Virus record (IMG/VR): IMGVR_UViG_3300046007_007030 | Strand: one strand, 5' to 3' | DNA length: 64,000 nt | From: a virus | In this document: positions 5,438-14,820 of the stretch, piece after piece | Numbering within the stretch: the stretch's first letter is position 1 | How the letters are laid out: every line of letters starts with the position of its first letter | Notes under the pieces: generated by a model | What the model saw: the letters and a program-made list of their open reading frames with translations, nothing else | What the model was told of the DNA's origin: nothing | Databases searched by the model: none | Program-made: the position numbers and the translations under genes

Positions 5438-5485
5438 TCTTATATATGGTAGTGTGTTTTCTAGATATGCAAAAATTGAATAGCT

Positions 5486-5884
5486 TTATGTTCTCTTCTT
5501 GCCGATCGTGTACTTCGGCACTAGGTTCCACTCGTCCTTCTCTTTGTGTGCAATGATCTTGATCTGAGACAGAGGCGCCTTGGGAGACGCCACCTTGTCC
5601 TTCGATATGATCTCTAGCAGACCCCACTCCTCGAGTAAGTCGACGATGGTGTTCCTCCTGCCGCGGTCGTTCTCATCGAAGTCGGAGGTCTTGCCATCCA
5701 GAAGGAACAGTTCTTTGAAATGAGTGATGTAGTACTTGCCCTGCTTGTGGAGGATGTGGCAGGACTGATACAGCGTCTTCTCTTTCTTAGAGGCTACTCC
5801 TACTCTTGACAGAGTCTCCTTGATCTTGAGGAAATCCTCTGCGTTCTTTAGCCTTACCTCTACGAGTGTTTCTACTACGCTCAT
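5486..5884 (-). CDS. regA: Translational repressor RegA
   Basis: DFLKIKETLSRVGVAS..LYQSCHILHKQGKYYITHFKELFLLDG; located after gp62. Confidence 0.96.
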   Translation of the reverse strand: MSVVETLVEVRLKNAEDFLKIKETLSRVGVASKKEKTLYQSCHILHKQGKYYITHFKELFLLDGKTSDFDENDRGRRNTIVDLLEEWGLLEIISKDKVASPKAPLSQIKIIAHKEKDEWNLVPKYTIGKKRT

Positions 5885-6270
5885 GGTCCACCCTTGTTCG
5901 TTCTTTTTCTTATTGTATCGAGTTGGTGCTTATTGAGGATCCTGAGGTAGTCTCGGGCAATCTTAGTGCTGACGTTGAAGTGCTGAGATAGCATCTCTAG
6001 GTCCGCATCCTCTTCAGGCTTCTTGATCCAAGCGTGTTGGCGCTTCATGGACCTGATACTATTTATCAGATAGTCAAATTGCATGAGGTGACCCAGGCCC
6101 GCTCGCTGGTTCATCTCATTGGCGTAGAGGATGCCGTCGACGTAGAAGGAGATGGCTCGATTGACTATGTACGGGTTGTACATGGCCTCGGCCTTCTCCG
6201 GATTCTCCGAGTTTCTGATTACGTCTTTCTTGCCTTGCTGAATGTCCTTTACGAAGTCGAAGGGATTCAT
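5881..6270 (-). CDS. gp62: Clamp loader small subunit
   Basis: YNPYIVNRAIS...ANEMN...MQFDYLINSIR; synteny 45-44-62-regA. Confidence 0.92.
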   Translation of the reverse strand: MNPFDFVKDIQQGKKDVIRNSENPEKAEAMYNPYIVNRAISFYVDGILYANEMNQRAGLGHLMQFDYLINSIRSMKRQHAWIKKPEEDADLEMLSQHFNVSTKIARDYLRILNKHQLDTIRKRTNKGGP

Positions 6271-7208
6271 GCGAACTCCGCCTCTACCATGAGGTTGGTA
6301 AGGAACGCGGCCAGATTGATCTCAGGATCAGAGACGAACGCGGCCTTGTACTGGTAGTCGGCGATGAGTAGAATGACTTGAGGGATGGAGTTAGGCTTCA
6401 GATACTCGTGAGCGTGATCGTACACCTTGCGGAACACCGCCGTGTCAGAGTCGGAGTTCTCCACGACCCACTTACGCATGTCGTTGAAGTTCTTGGCCTT
6501 GAGGTGACCAATCAACTTCTTGAAGCTCTCGTCTCCGAGGTTGCTCAGTATGCCGGCATCGATCTTGCCGGTGGCCGAGTAGCGCTGAAGCTCGTTCAGT
6601 ACTCGACGCCAGTCTGGAATGTGCTTCTTGACGACTTCTGCCACCACAGCCTTGTCGTACTGTACTCCCTCACTAGCGAGGATGGACTCCACCCGCTTGA
6701 AGAACTGTCCAGCGAGCTTCGCAAGGTCAGACTTAGCGATCTTGAACTCGACAACACTGCAACGTGAGTGGAGAGGCTCGATGATGCGGTTCTTAAAATT
6801 GCAGGTAAGGATGAATCCGCAGTTACGCGAGTACTCCTCCATGAAATTACGGAGGGCAGGCTGAGTGCTGTTAGCGTTGAGGTAGTCGGCCTCGTCCAGG
6901 ATGACGTACTTTCGTCCGCCGGTAAAAGAAACGGAAGAAGCGAACTGGAGGATGTCGTTCCTAAGAGTGTCGATGTTGCCATTCATACTCCCGTTGATGA
7001 CGATGTAGTCGCACCCGAGCTCCTCCAGCATGGCCTTCGCCACGGTTGTCTTACCCACGCCGGCAGAGCCAGACAGGAGGAGATTGGGTACGTGCTTATT
7101 GTCCACGAACTGTTGGAAGGTCTTCTTGAGGTCGGGAGGAAGTACGCAATCCTCGATCTTACGAGGACGGTACTTCTCTACCCACATCGGATTGTCACTG
7201 GTATTCAT
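6267..7208 (-). CDS. gp44: Clamp loader AAA+ subunit
   Basis: WVEKYRP, GSAGVGKTT, ILDEAD, LHSRC. Confidence 0.96.
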   Translation of the reverse strand: MNTSDNPMWVEKYRPRKIEDCVLPPDLKKTFQQFVDNKHVPNLLLSGSAGVGKTTVAKAMLEELGCDYIVINGSMNGNIDTLRNDILQFASSVSFTGGRKYVILDEADYLNANSTQPALRNFMEEYSRNCGFILTCNFKNRIIEPLHSRCSVVEFKIAKSDLAKLAGQFFKRVESILASEGVQYDKAVVAEVVKKHIPDWRRVLNELQRYSATGKIDAGILSNLGDESFKKLIGHLKAKNFNDMRKWVVENSDSDTAVFRKVYDHAHEYLKPNSIPQVILLIADYQYKAAFVSDPEINLAAFLTNLMVEAEFA

Positions 7209-7236
7209 GATATATCTCCACTGATTACATTGCTAT

Positions 7237-7266
7237 ACTATACTCGATCTTGTCGACCGAGTACAC
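7237..7266 (-). promoter_or_regulatory. Early/middle promoter upstream of gp44
   Basis: GTGTAC-N18-TATAGT, same motif as upstream of uvsY. Confidence 0.55.
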
Positions 7267-7269
7267 AGG

Positions 7270-7923
7270 TCAATTGACGGTGGAGTGCGCTTCCGCCGCT
7301 ACGAAGTAAGTCACATCCGGAGAGCTGAACTTGACGATGTTCTTCGTCACGGCTACTCGGTAGTCGCGAGCGAGGAGCTTCAGGTTCTCGGTCTTGAGGA
7401 TGATGCGGAACTTCTTGTCAGTAGAAGCCACCACCTGCGAGTAGCTGTCGGCAGTGGAGTTCTTGCTGCTGATGGCCTGGATGGCGACGTCGCTGCCGTC
7501 TCCAGTGATAGCGAGTTCGGGGAGGGACAACACACTGAGAGCCTTGACGACTGCAGACAAGTCGTCCGACTTCAGATCGAACTCCACCTCAGGATCGGGG
7601 AACTTGAGTTCCTTCTCAGGAGGGGTGATGATGGCGCTCAGCTCGGCGTAGGTGTACCTGACCTTCTTCGTCTCGCTACACACCTCGAGGTAGTTATCAT
7701 AGAACTTGAGTTCCGGATCCTTGAACATCGAGAGTACGCCGAGGAACTTGTTCAGTTCGGCGATGGCGAACTGCTGAGGCACCTCTTCCTTGATCTCTGC
7801 CTTGGCGAACACAGTCCTCGTGGGAGAGATGGTCGAGAGACTGTTGCCTTGCTTGAACAACACGGATGGATTGATCGTGCTGTAGTTCTTGAGGAGATTC
7901 ACGGTTTCGTTCGAGAGTTTCAT
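7270..7923 (-). CDS. gp45: Sliding clamp
   Basis: MKLSNETVNLLKNYSTINPS...ENLKLL..DY; synteny. Confidence 0.95.
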   Translation of the reverse strand: MKLSNETVNLLKNYSTINPSVLFKQGNSLSTISPTRTVFAKAEIKEEVPQQFAIAELNKFLGVLSMFKDPELKFYDNYLEVCSETKKVRYTYAELSAIITPPEKELKFPDPEVEFDLKSDDLSAVVKALSVLSLPELAITGDGSDVAIQAISSKNSTADSYSQVVASTDKKFRIILKTENLKLLARDYRVAVTKNIVKFSSPDVTYFVAAEAHSTVN

Positions 7924-7940
7924 AGTATAGAGCTCCGTTG

Positions 7941-8558
7941 TTAGCCAGTTGCTTTTTTCTTGAGGTCGTCTGTGATATCGACACCGCGAGCAGTGCCGGT
8001 CATGTAGTTCATTGAGGACGTGCCGAGTGTAGACATGGTCGCACTTAAGTTAGTAGGTGTGATGTTGGTCCAGCTGGATGCCTTGAAGCCGTACTGGTTG
8101 GCTACGTCGCCGACCTTGTCGAAGTTGGCGCCGAGGAACAGCACTTGGTATTCTTTGTCTTCGAGGTTCTTCGCGAGGACCTTGACGTTGGCCTGCTTGA
8201 AGATCTGCGAGTGGTTCTCCTCGCCGTCCGTCATGACGACGAATACCGCCTTGTCGGGCTTGTCGTCCAGTATCCTCAGCATCATTCGAGCCGATGCGTC
8301 GAAGAGTGGCGTGCCTCCTCGCGGCGTGGCGTCGTCATTGGATACCGGCTTCCATTCACCCGCCGTCGTGTTGCGGATGACGTCGTAGCCGATAGAGTCG
8401 AAGACTGCCATGAAGACGTTGGCGTCTTTAGGTAGTTCCTTGACGTATCCGTTGATGGATCCGAGAGCCTCCTTCCAGAGAGTCTCCATCGATCCGCTCC
8501 TGTCTAGCAGGATGTATGCGTTCATCTTACTCTTCTTTGCCATATCTGTACACCTCAT
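7941..8558 (-). CDS. vWA-domain protein
   Basis: MIDAS motif LLDRSGSM, GGTPLFDA, VVMTDGEEN, FLGAN. Confidence 0.88.
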   Translation of the reverse strand: MRCTDMAKKSKMNAYILLDRSGSMETLWKEALGSINGYVKELPKDANVFMAVFDSIGYDVIRNTTAGEWKPVSNDDATPRGGTPLFDASARMMLRILDDKPDKAVFVVMTDGEENHSQIFKQANVKVLAKNLEDKEYQVLFLGANFDKVGDVANQYGFKASSWTNITPTNLSATMSTLGTSSMNYMTGTARGVDITDDLKKKATG

Positions 8559-9502
8559 TTCTTACGGATTGCGCCGACGTCTGCTGTAGCTGAAGCACCG
8601 ACCGCGGCGAGGTCGGCGAGTGATCCACCGAAGATGTAGGTGCCTACGTGATGCATCTTCATCCACGGACAGAACCAGGTCTTCATATTGAGCTCTTGAA
8701 TCTTCTGACAGAACCAGTAGTCCTCTGAGAGATAGCGCTTGCTCTTCGGGTCGATCTCGGCCTGGAAGAACTGCATGATCTCGCGAGTGCCGTCGAAGGC
8801 CTCCGTGCGAACGTGATCCGGCTTGTAGTTGTACTGCGGGAATGACTCGACGAACTTCTCGAGAGTGCGACGACGAATCATCATGAAGCCGGTGCCGATC
8901 TCGAGGACTTCTACTGGCTGATTGATGGGAATCGATCCCTGTCCACCCTTCGGATTGAAGACGTAGTCGCCCACGAATTTCTCGAGATTCTGTGGGTTCT
9001 CGTCGGCGAAGCCCTTATCGACGGCAGCCTTGACCTTCTCCCAGCTGATGCACTTCTTAGGATACGGTCCGCCGATGACATCGTAGTCGCTCTGGTCGTC
9101 CTGCATGGCCAAGAGAGCGATGACGTCCCTCGGGTCGAAGCCGATGTCGGAGTCGATGAACATCAAGTGAGTGGCACCCGAGCGCATGAACTCGTCGCAA
9201 CAGTAGTTGCGAGCGCGAGTGATCAGAGACTCGTTGAAGAGGAAGTAGAGTTGGAGGGGAATGCCGTATGCGTGACAGAGAGCGGATAAGTCGGCGATGG
9301 ACCTAGTGAACATGCCGGCACACATGCCGCCGTACATAGGAGTAGCCACGAACAGCTTACGCTTACGAAGCTCCTCTACGGAGATAGACAGATTGAAGGC
9401 GTTGGGATTGGGTTGATTCTGTGCCTGCTCCGCGGCGCTCGGAGTCAAGGGAGTGACGCTATTATCTTCAGCCATAGTATTCCTTTCAATTCTTCTTGTC
9501 AT
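8555..9502 (-). CDS. GT-A fold (GT2-like) glycosyltransferase
   Basis: VATPMYGG, ESLITRARN, HLMFIDSD (DxD), GTGFMMI, LSEDYWFC. Confidence 0.78.
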   Translation of the reverse strand: MTRRIERNTMAEDNSVTPLTPSAAEQAQNQPNPNAFNLSISVEELRKRKLFVATPMYGGMCAGMFTRSIADLSALCHAYGIPLQLYFLFNESLITRARNYCCDEFMRSGATHLMFIDSDIGFDPRDVIALLAMQDDQSDYDVIGGPYPKKCISWEKVKAAVDKGFADENPQNLEKFVGDYVFNPKGGQGSIPINQPVEVLEIGTGFMMIRRRTLEKFVESFPQYNYKPDHVRTEAFDGTREIMQFFQAEIDPKSKRYLSEDYWFCQKIQELNMKTWFCPWMKMHHVGTYIFGGSLADLAAVGASATADVGAIRKK

Positions 9503-10346
9503 AGTTAAAGTTCACATTCTGAGCGAGCTCTCTGTCGTCCAGTCTGTTATATTTACCCCGCAACTCGGCGTTGTAGTGCGCAGATTCTCGCAATACCGTC
9601 AAGTCTTTTCCTAGAGACTCGGCATACTTCAAGAATGCTGCTACGTCTTTGGGGAAGCAGGCTCCACCGAATCCTAGGCGACCATCAGGCCCGGGTACCT
9701 GCATGTGAGATCCTCCCATTCTCCTGTCATACGATAGAGTCTTGGTCAGAGTATCCCACTCCTTCTCGCCTGCGGAGTCATAGAGTTCTTTCAACTGATT
9801 GAAGAAGATGACCTTGTTGGCTAAGAAGGTGTTGGTGGCGTACTTGATGAATGCGGCTGTGTGAGCAGTGGTCTTAATGATGGGAGCAAACGGATTACAC
9901 TTAGTGTAGTTGCGATAGAACGCTTCCATCCTCCTGACGTCGTTTTCGCTATAGCCACCTTCTCCGAGGATGATATACGGCGGATTGATGAAGTCCTGCG
10001 CCGCGTTCTTCTCAGTCAAGAATTCAGGATTGTAGATGAATGGACACAGCATCTCTAACCTGTCGATGACTTCAGGCGTGCACGTACTCTTGACGACTAT
10101 GATAGGACGGATGGCACTAGAGAGTGCTATCTTGGTCATCACATCTTCCACGATGTCAGAATCAATCGAGCCATCGTCTCTCATCGGCGTAGGTACACAG
10201 ATGAATACGACGTCTGGATAGTAATCAAAGAGATCCTTGACAGTGTTGTTATAGATGGGGTCGATGATCATCTTCTCGACGCACTTCAGTCCCTCGTCTA
10301 CGGCCTTGCCAACGAAGCCGTGGCCGACTATCGCTACTCTCATCAT
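9486..10346 (-). CDS. ugd: UDP-glucose 6-dehydrogenase family protein
   Basis: GHGFVG, FICVPTP, VVKST, YNPEFL, KYATNTFLA, GFGGACFPKD. Confidence 0.92.
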   Translation of the reverse strand: MMRVAIVGHGFVGKAVDEGLKCVEKMIIDPIYNNTVKDLFDYYPDVVFICVPTPMRDDGSIDSDIVEDVMTKIALSSAIRPIIVVKSTCTPEVIDRLEMLCPFIYNPEFLTEKNAAQDFINPPYIILGEGGYSENDVRRMEAFYRNYTKCNPFAPIIKTTAHTAAFIKYATNTFLANKVIFFNQLKELYDSAGEKEWDTLTKTLSYDRRMGGSHMQVPGPDGRLGFGGACFPKDVAAFLKYAESLGKDLTVLRESAHYNAELRGKYNRLDDRELAQNVNFNYDKKN

Positions 10347-11272
10347 CTATAGTAATCCTTGTACCAGTCTACGAATTTACGAATGCCTTCTTCTACAGGA
10401 GTAGTGGGCTTATAGCCGAGCTCTCTCAGCTTAGTCGTATCAGACCAAGTCTCTAAGACGTCGGCCGGGTGCTTAGGCATCATGACACAGTCGGGCTTCT
10501 TTCCTAGTTCTTTGGCGATCAAGTTGATGAACGTCATCAATTGTACTTGCTCGCCGTAGCCTAGGTTGTAGATCTCCTTCGATTCAGGAATTGTCAGCGC
10601 GTGATTGATAGCGCAGTGAACTCCCTGACAGACGTCCTCTACGTACGTGAAGTCGCGGATCATGTTGCCATTATTGAATACGTACAGCGGCTCATTCTCG
10701 ACCATCGCCTTAGTGAATATGTGTAGAGCCATGTCTGGCCTTCCCCACGGGCCGTATGCAGTGAAGAACCTGAGGCCAATCGCTACGGGGATCTTCGAGG
10801 CGATGAACTGACACTCATTCATCCTCTTAGTCATGCCGTAGTAGTTGTTCTGATGACCGGGGTTGTCTGACTCTTTCCAAGGCAGAGGCTGCCCGTGTTG
10901 CACGCATGACGTGGAGGCGTATACAACTGGAATCTTTCTAGGCAACTTCTCGAGGCCCTCGATCATCACTTGAGTACGAGTCACATTGTTCGTGATGTAC
11001 TCGATCTGCTTGTTCATCGAGACTCTTACGGCCGCGTGCGCTGCCAAGTGGACTACCAGATCATACGATTCGTAGTTGATGTAAGAGAAGTCTGTGTGGT
11101 GGATCTTAACGCCAGCTAGCTTGAGGAGCTTGGCTCTGTCGTACTTCAACTTGGAGTCGTAGTACAGGTCGTTGTAGTCGTCTACTCCCTCGACTGTGTG
11201 ACCGTAGTTCATCAGCCTAGTCGCCAGGTGATAGCCGATCATGCCGGCTATGCCAGTGATTAGTATCCTCAT
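10343..11272 (-). CDS. NAD-dependent epimerase, UDP-glucuronate 4-epimerase-like
   Basis: TGIAGMIG, HLAAHAAVR, YGMTK (YxxxK), GLRFFTAYGPWGRPDMA, RDFTYVED. Confidence 0.88.
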   Translation of the reverse strand: MRILITGIAGMIGYHLATRLMNYGHTVEGVDDYNDLYYDSKLKYDRAKLLKLAGVKIHHTDFSYINYESYDLVVHLAAHAAVRVSMNKQIEYITNNVTRTQVMIEGLEKLPRKIPVVYASTSCVQHGQPLPWKESDNPGHQNNYYGMTKRMNECQFIASKIPVAIGLRFFTAYGPWGRPDMALHIFTKAMVENEPLYVFNNGNMIRDFTYVEDVCQGVHCAINHALTIPESKEIYNLGYGEQVQLMTFINLIAKELGKKPDCVMMPKHPADVLETWSDTTKLRELGYKPTTPVEEGIRKFVDWYKDYYR

Positions 11273-11646
11273 GACTTACCCTTGTAGTGATCGTTGTGAA
11301 GACAGAGGACGATGTAGTGCAAGGCCTTCATCAGGTCCTTCTTATTGTTTCCGTTCTTCTTTCCGTATCGCCAGAGGTATTTGATGGCGGTGTTACGAAA
11401 TGTTGGCGTGGCATCACCCATGGCGATCCAGGCGTCGAAGCACTGTATAGAATCTTCTGAATCGGCAGTGTAGTGCTCACCGTAGGTAGACTTGAGGTAC
11501 TCGTATAGATCATCGATGATCTTCTCCTCATTATACTTGAACGGGCTGTGCGGTGTCGTCCACACTTCATTGACGGTCACTCCTGGTGACTTCTGCTTCT
11601 TCTCATTCATCTCGTACATCACTCCTAACATGTTCTGTAAAGTCAC
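11269..11646 (-). CDS. DUF3310-like (T7 gp1.7-related) protein
   Basis: HY...F..NTAIKYLWRYGKKNG...DLMKALHY. Confidence 0.7.
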   Translation of the reverse strand: MTLQNMLGVMYEMNEKKQKSPGVTVNEVWTTPHSPFKYNEEKIIDDLYEYLKSTYGEHYTADSEDSIQCFDAWIAMGDATPTFRNTAIKYLWRYGKKNGNNKKDLMKALHYIVLCLHNDHYKGKS

Positions 11647-12866
11647 GCTGCTACTCCATCAAAGAAACTCTCGAGGCTCGGCGTATCAGCCTTATCGAGG
11701 ATCTCCACCGACTGACTATGATTGTGCTGAAGGACCAATCTGGCGTCGATGTAGTTTCTCTTACCCTCCAGAACCGCCTTCACTTCGGTGGCCATGTCGA
11801 CCGCAGTCTGATACGGTACGTTCTGGCAGATGTGATTGTAGCTCTGAGTGGGTGACAGCAGCTCGTAGTCGGAGGGCAGACCCATGATGGTCATCGCCTC
11901 CCTGTATGTTATATACCTGTCTTCGTGCGGGTGGGTCAGCATCTTAGGGTAGTGTCCTACGAAGGCGCCGATGTGGTCCTTAGGCACGATGGTCCCGCGC
12001 CGCATGATGTTGCCGCCGTCGTCCAGCTTCTTGAACATGCGATCGCACTTCTCTACTTCCTTCTCGTAACCCTCCTTGGCCATCCACTCGCCGACCTGCT
12101 TGTAGGAATGCCCGTGCCACTCGATCAGGCTCTTGGCGTCTAGGTAGCGAGTAGCGATCTTGTCAGTGTCGAGCGCGTCGAAGTGCTGACGATGAGTGAC
12201 GCCTCCATTGATGACCTCGAGCAGGTACCGATAGTAAGGATCCTTGGTAGGCGTGTTCTTGTTGATGGGCTCCATCTGCGAGTTAGACTTCACTCCGAGG
12301 ATGATGTCCTCGATGCGAGTGTAGGGCCGGCGGTAGTACCCGAGCTCAGGCACCTTCGTGTCTTGCCAGAAGAAGTAGAATGTACGCTCTCGAACCTGAG
12401 GCACTCCGTGAAGCAGGCTCTTGGTGCGATACATGGTCATCGTGTATCCGTTCTTGCGACCGATCTCGATCAGCTGCTTACGAATAGGCTCGCCGATCTT
12501 GCCCACGAACGTCGGAGCGTTCTCACCCCAGAATACCTTTGGCTTCATCTCTCCCAACACGTACTCGGCGGTCTTGATCATCCACTGATTGTTCGGGTTG
12601 TGCTCTCCGTATCCCATGGAGAACAGAGACAGGCCGGCACACGGACATACCGAGGAGACTACGTCTACTCGATGCGGGTGGCTACCTCCCTTGTCGAGTA
12701 CGTGATAAGGAACCTCGTGGTTCCAATAGTTGAGCAGGTGCTTCTCGTTGGCGGCGAATGCTTCATAAGACAGGATGTACTCCGGTCTAGACCCGAATAC
12801 TTCAGTCGACGCGAGTGCTTCACCTCCGATTAGCGGAATGATAGTGGCGTGGGTGATGTTGCTCAT
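11643..12866 (-). CDS. DNA cytosine-C5 methyltransferase-fold protein with atypical motif I
   Basis: Catalytic PC (CPCAGLS), ENAP, GVPQVRER, HPHEDRYITYREAMTIMGLP, QNVP; N-terminal IIPLIGG in place of FxGxG. Confidence 0.8.
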   Translation of the reverse strand: MSNITHATIIPLIGGEALASTEVFGSRPEYILSYEAFAANEKHLLNYWNHEVPYHVLDKGGSHPHRVDVVSSVCPCAGLSLFSMGYGEHNPNNQWMIKTAEYVLGEMKPKVFWGENAPTFVGKIGEPIRKQLIEIGRKNGYTMTMYRTKSLLHGVPQVRERTFYFFWQDTKVPELGYYRRPYTRIEDIILGVKSNSQMEPINKNTPTKDPYYRYLLEVINGGVTHRQHFDALDTDKIATRYLDAKSLIEWHGHSYKQVGEWMAKEGYEKEVEKCDRMFKKLDDGGNIMRRGTIVPKDHIGAFVGHYPKMLTHPHEDRYITYREAMTIMGLPSDYELLSPTQSYNHICQNVPYQTAVDMATEVKAVLEGKRNYIDARLVLQHNHSQSVEILDKADTPSLESFFDGVAA

Positions 12867-13933
12867 GCGAATAGTCCCATAACTGTGTTAGCTTGATGCT
12901 TCTTCTCGTTGTATTCCCTGCCCTGCCAGTGAGGATAGAACTCACGAGAGAGGTGGACTGACTGCGGCTTCTCCATGTACTTGAAGTCGAGTTCGCCCTT
13001 GTTGTTCTTCAACTTATCACACCACCTGAATAGAGTGACTCCATTACCTTGCTGCTTGGTAGCTTCATCAATGAAGATGTTGCGGATGTTATCGCGCTCA
13101 TCCCACGAGCCATAGAATGGAGTACCCTCGTACCATCCGGTCTTAGGAATGGAGCGAGACTCGTTCTCGATGGGCAGTGGCTCGTAGATCTGAATTTCGC
13201 ACCCGAGATCTGCTGTAATGGATTTGCACGCGTCGTAATAGTTTTTCACGAGGTCTCGGGTAGCGGCTTCAGGATCGGACTGACGCATCAGGTGATGGCG
13301 AATGTCGATGTTGCCGAAGTAGTACTCGAGCTTCTTGAAATTCACCTTATCAGTAGGTAAGAAGCTCTTGAGTCCCATCTTCAGGGCACCATGCAGAGTC
13401 TTGAACGGGACTGAGTTGAGCATCCATTCTGGACGATACATGCAGATGGCGTGGCTGTCGCCCATGGCCGCTTTGTCGTACAGGACCAGCTCATTGGGAT
13501 TGACTACCTCTGCGGTCTGTATCATGCGCTGGAGATTGGGCCAGTCTACCTCGTCCCACATCTTGTTGATCTCTTTGTTCTTCTCTCTCATCAGCTTCAT
13601 CTTGTGCTGAAGATCCGCGTAGTAGTCGGGATGCGGGATCATCAGCGAGTAGACTTTGCCCTTGAACTTAGAGAAGTTCACGAAGTTGTCGATGTATGGA
13701 AACTCCTTCAACCCGCCGAACAGGTTGAGGTGACCAGACCAGTCGTTGCCATGATAGACGTACAGCTCGTCGAACTTATTGAAGTCGTGCTGATAGAATT
13801 CGAGAGTCATATTCACGGTGACGTCTTTGCCAGACTGACGAATCTGATCGGCATAGATTACGCCCTGAGCAGCGCGATGGCTGCTCAGGTTACTTGCGAT
13901 AGTGATGAAGGGGGTTGCTACGAGTGCGCTCAT
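12863..13933 (-). CDS. Hypothetical modification-cluster protein with an SGNH-like C-terminal domain
   Basis: GDSH...FGNID...SVHLS pattern. Confidence 0.55.
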   Translation of the reverse strand: MSALVATPFITIASNLSSHRAAQGVIYADQIRQSGKDVTVNMTLEFYQHDFNKFDELYVYHGNDWSGHLNLFGGLKEFPYIDNFVNFSKFKGKVYSLMIPHPDYYADLQHKMKLMREKNKEINKMWDEVDWPNLQRMIQTAEVVNPNELVLYDKAAMGDSHAICMYRPEWMLNSVPFKTLHGALKMGLKSFLPTDKVNFKKLEYYFGNIDIRHHLMRQSDPEAATRDLVKNYYDACKSITADLGCEIQIYEPLPIENESRSIPKTGWYEGTPFYGSWDERDNIRNIFIDEATKQQGNGVTLFRWCDKLKNNKGELDFKYMEKPQSVHLSREFYPHWQGREYNEKKHQANTVMGLFA

Positions 13934-14820
13934 TTCAAATTCTTGTCCCAGTCACGGTAGGAGTCTATGGTATCATATATAGCCGAATTTGTCAACACGG
14001 GTTCAGCGCCTACGTTCCACATCAGGACATTGCGCCCGGTGTTCTTCGGAATGTACTTCCAGATTTTGGCGTCGTAGGTAGATATCGCAGGGAACGGAGG
14101 CATGTTCTCAGCCTTCTCTGGAGTGGTGAATGGCAGAGGCTCAGAGATCACTTCTGCTCTTCCAAGCTCGCCCTCCTTAAGATTTCGAGCGACAGCCACG
14201 CAGGTGAACTTAGCCTTAGGCCAAGCGATCTGTAGAGCTCGAGACAGTACGCCAGTAGAGATGGCGACATACACCTCGTCTGGAGGATCGATCTTACTAG
14301 CAGCATGAACGATACCAGCAGTAGCGTATGAGTGCTTGAGTCCAAGTGGTACGAAGAATCCGTCATTCTTTTTCGCCCATTCCAATGCGTACTTATTGAG
14401 GATAGGCATCGCGGCGATTCGCTTGAAGTGCACTTCTGCTCCTCGCTCGATGCAACAGGCTTGATGAAGAGATACCTCCTTAGAGGCAGGCATGAAGAGC
14501 ACCACTCTCTTGTTGTGGTGTTTGGCAGCGTCTAGGATAGACACTCCAGCGAGTCCAGTTCGAGGCTGAGAGTAGACGATAGTCTCGTGATTGATCTTAG
14601 ACGCGAGCAAGTCGCCGGCCCTGGTCTTGGTGCCGACGATCAGGTCGTCTCTGACTACTCTTACTCCGTCGTGTTCGATCACTACTGGATCCGGGTTGTA
14701 CGGAGTCCAGCCCGCGGCGAGATCGAGATAGTACTCGCGAGCTTCTTCTAACGTACAACCCGGCCAGAGCTGGGCGTCTTTGTTGATACCGTCCTGAACG
14801 TGTGTATCATGTGCCATCAA
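13930..14820 (-). CDS. PLP-dependent fold-type II enzyme
   Basis: VVRDDLIVGTKTRA (PLP lysine), YVAISTGVL phosphate-binding loop, YDAK..LMWNVG. Confidence 0.8.
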   Translation of the reverse strand: MMAHDTHVQDGINKDAQLWPGCTLEEAREYYLDLAAGWTPYNPDPVVIEHDGVRVVRDDLIVGTKTRAGDLLASKINHETIVYSQPRTGLAGVSILDAAKHHNKRVVLFMPASKEVSLHQACCIERGAEVHFKRIAAMPILNKYALEWAKKNDGFFVPLGLKHSYATAGIVHAASKIDPPDEVYVAISTGVLSRALQIAWPKAKFTCVAVARNLKEGELGRAEVISEPLPFTTPEKAENMPPFPAISTYDAKIWKYIPKNTGRNVLMWNVGAEPVLTNSAIYDTIDSYRDWDKNLK

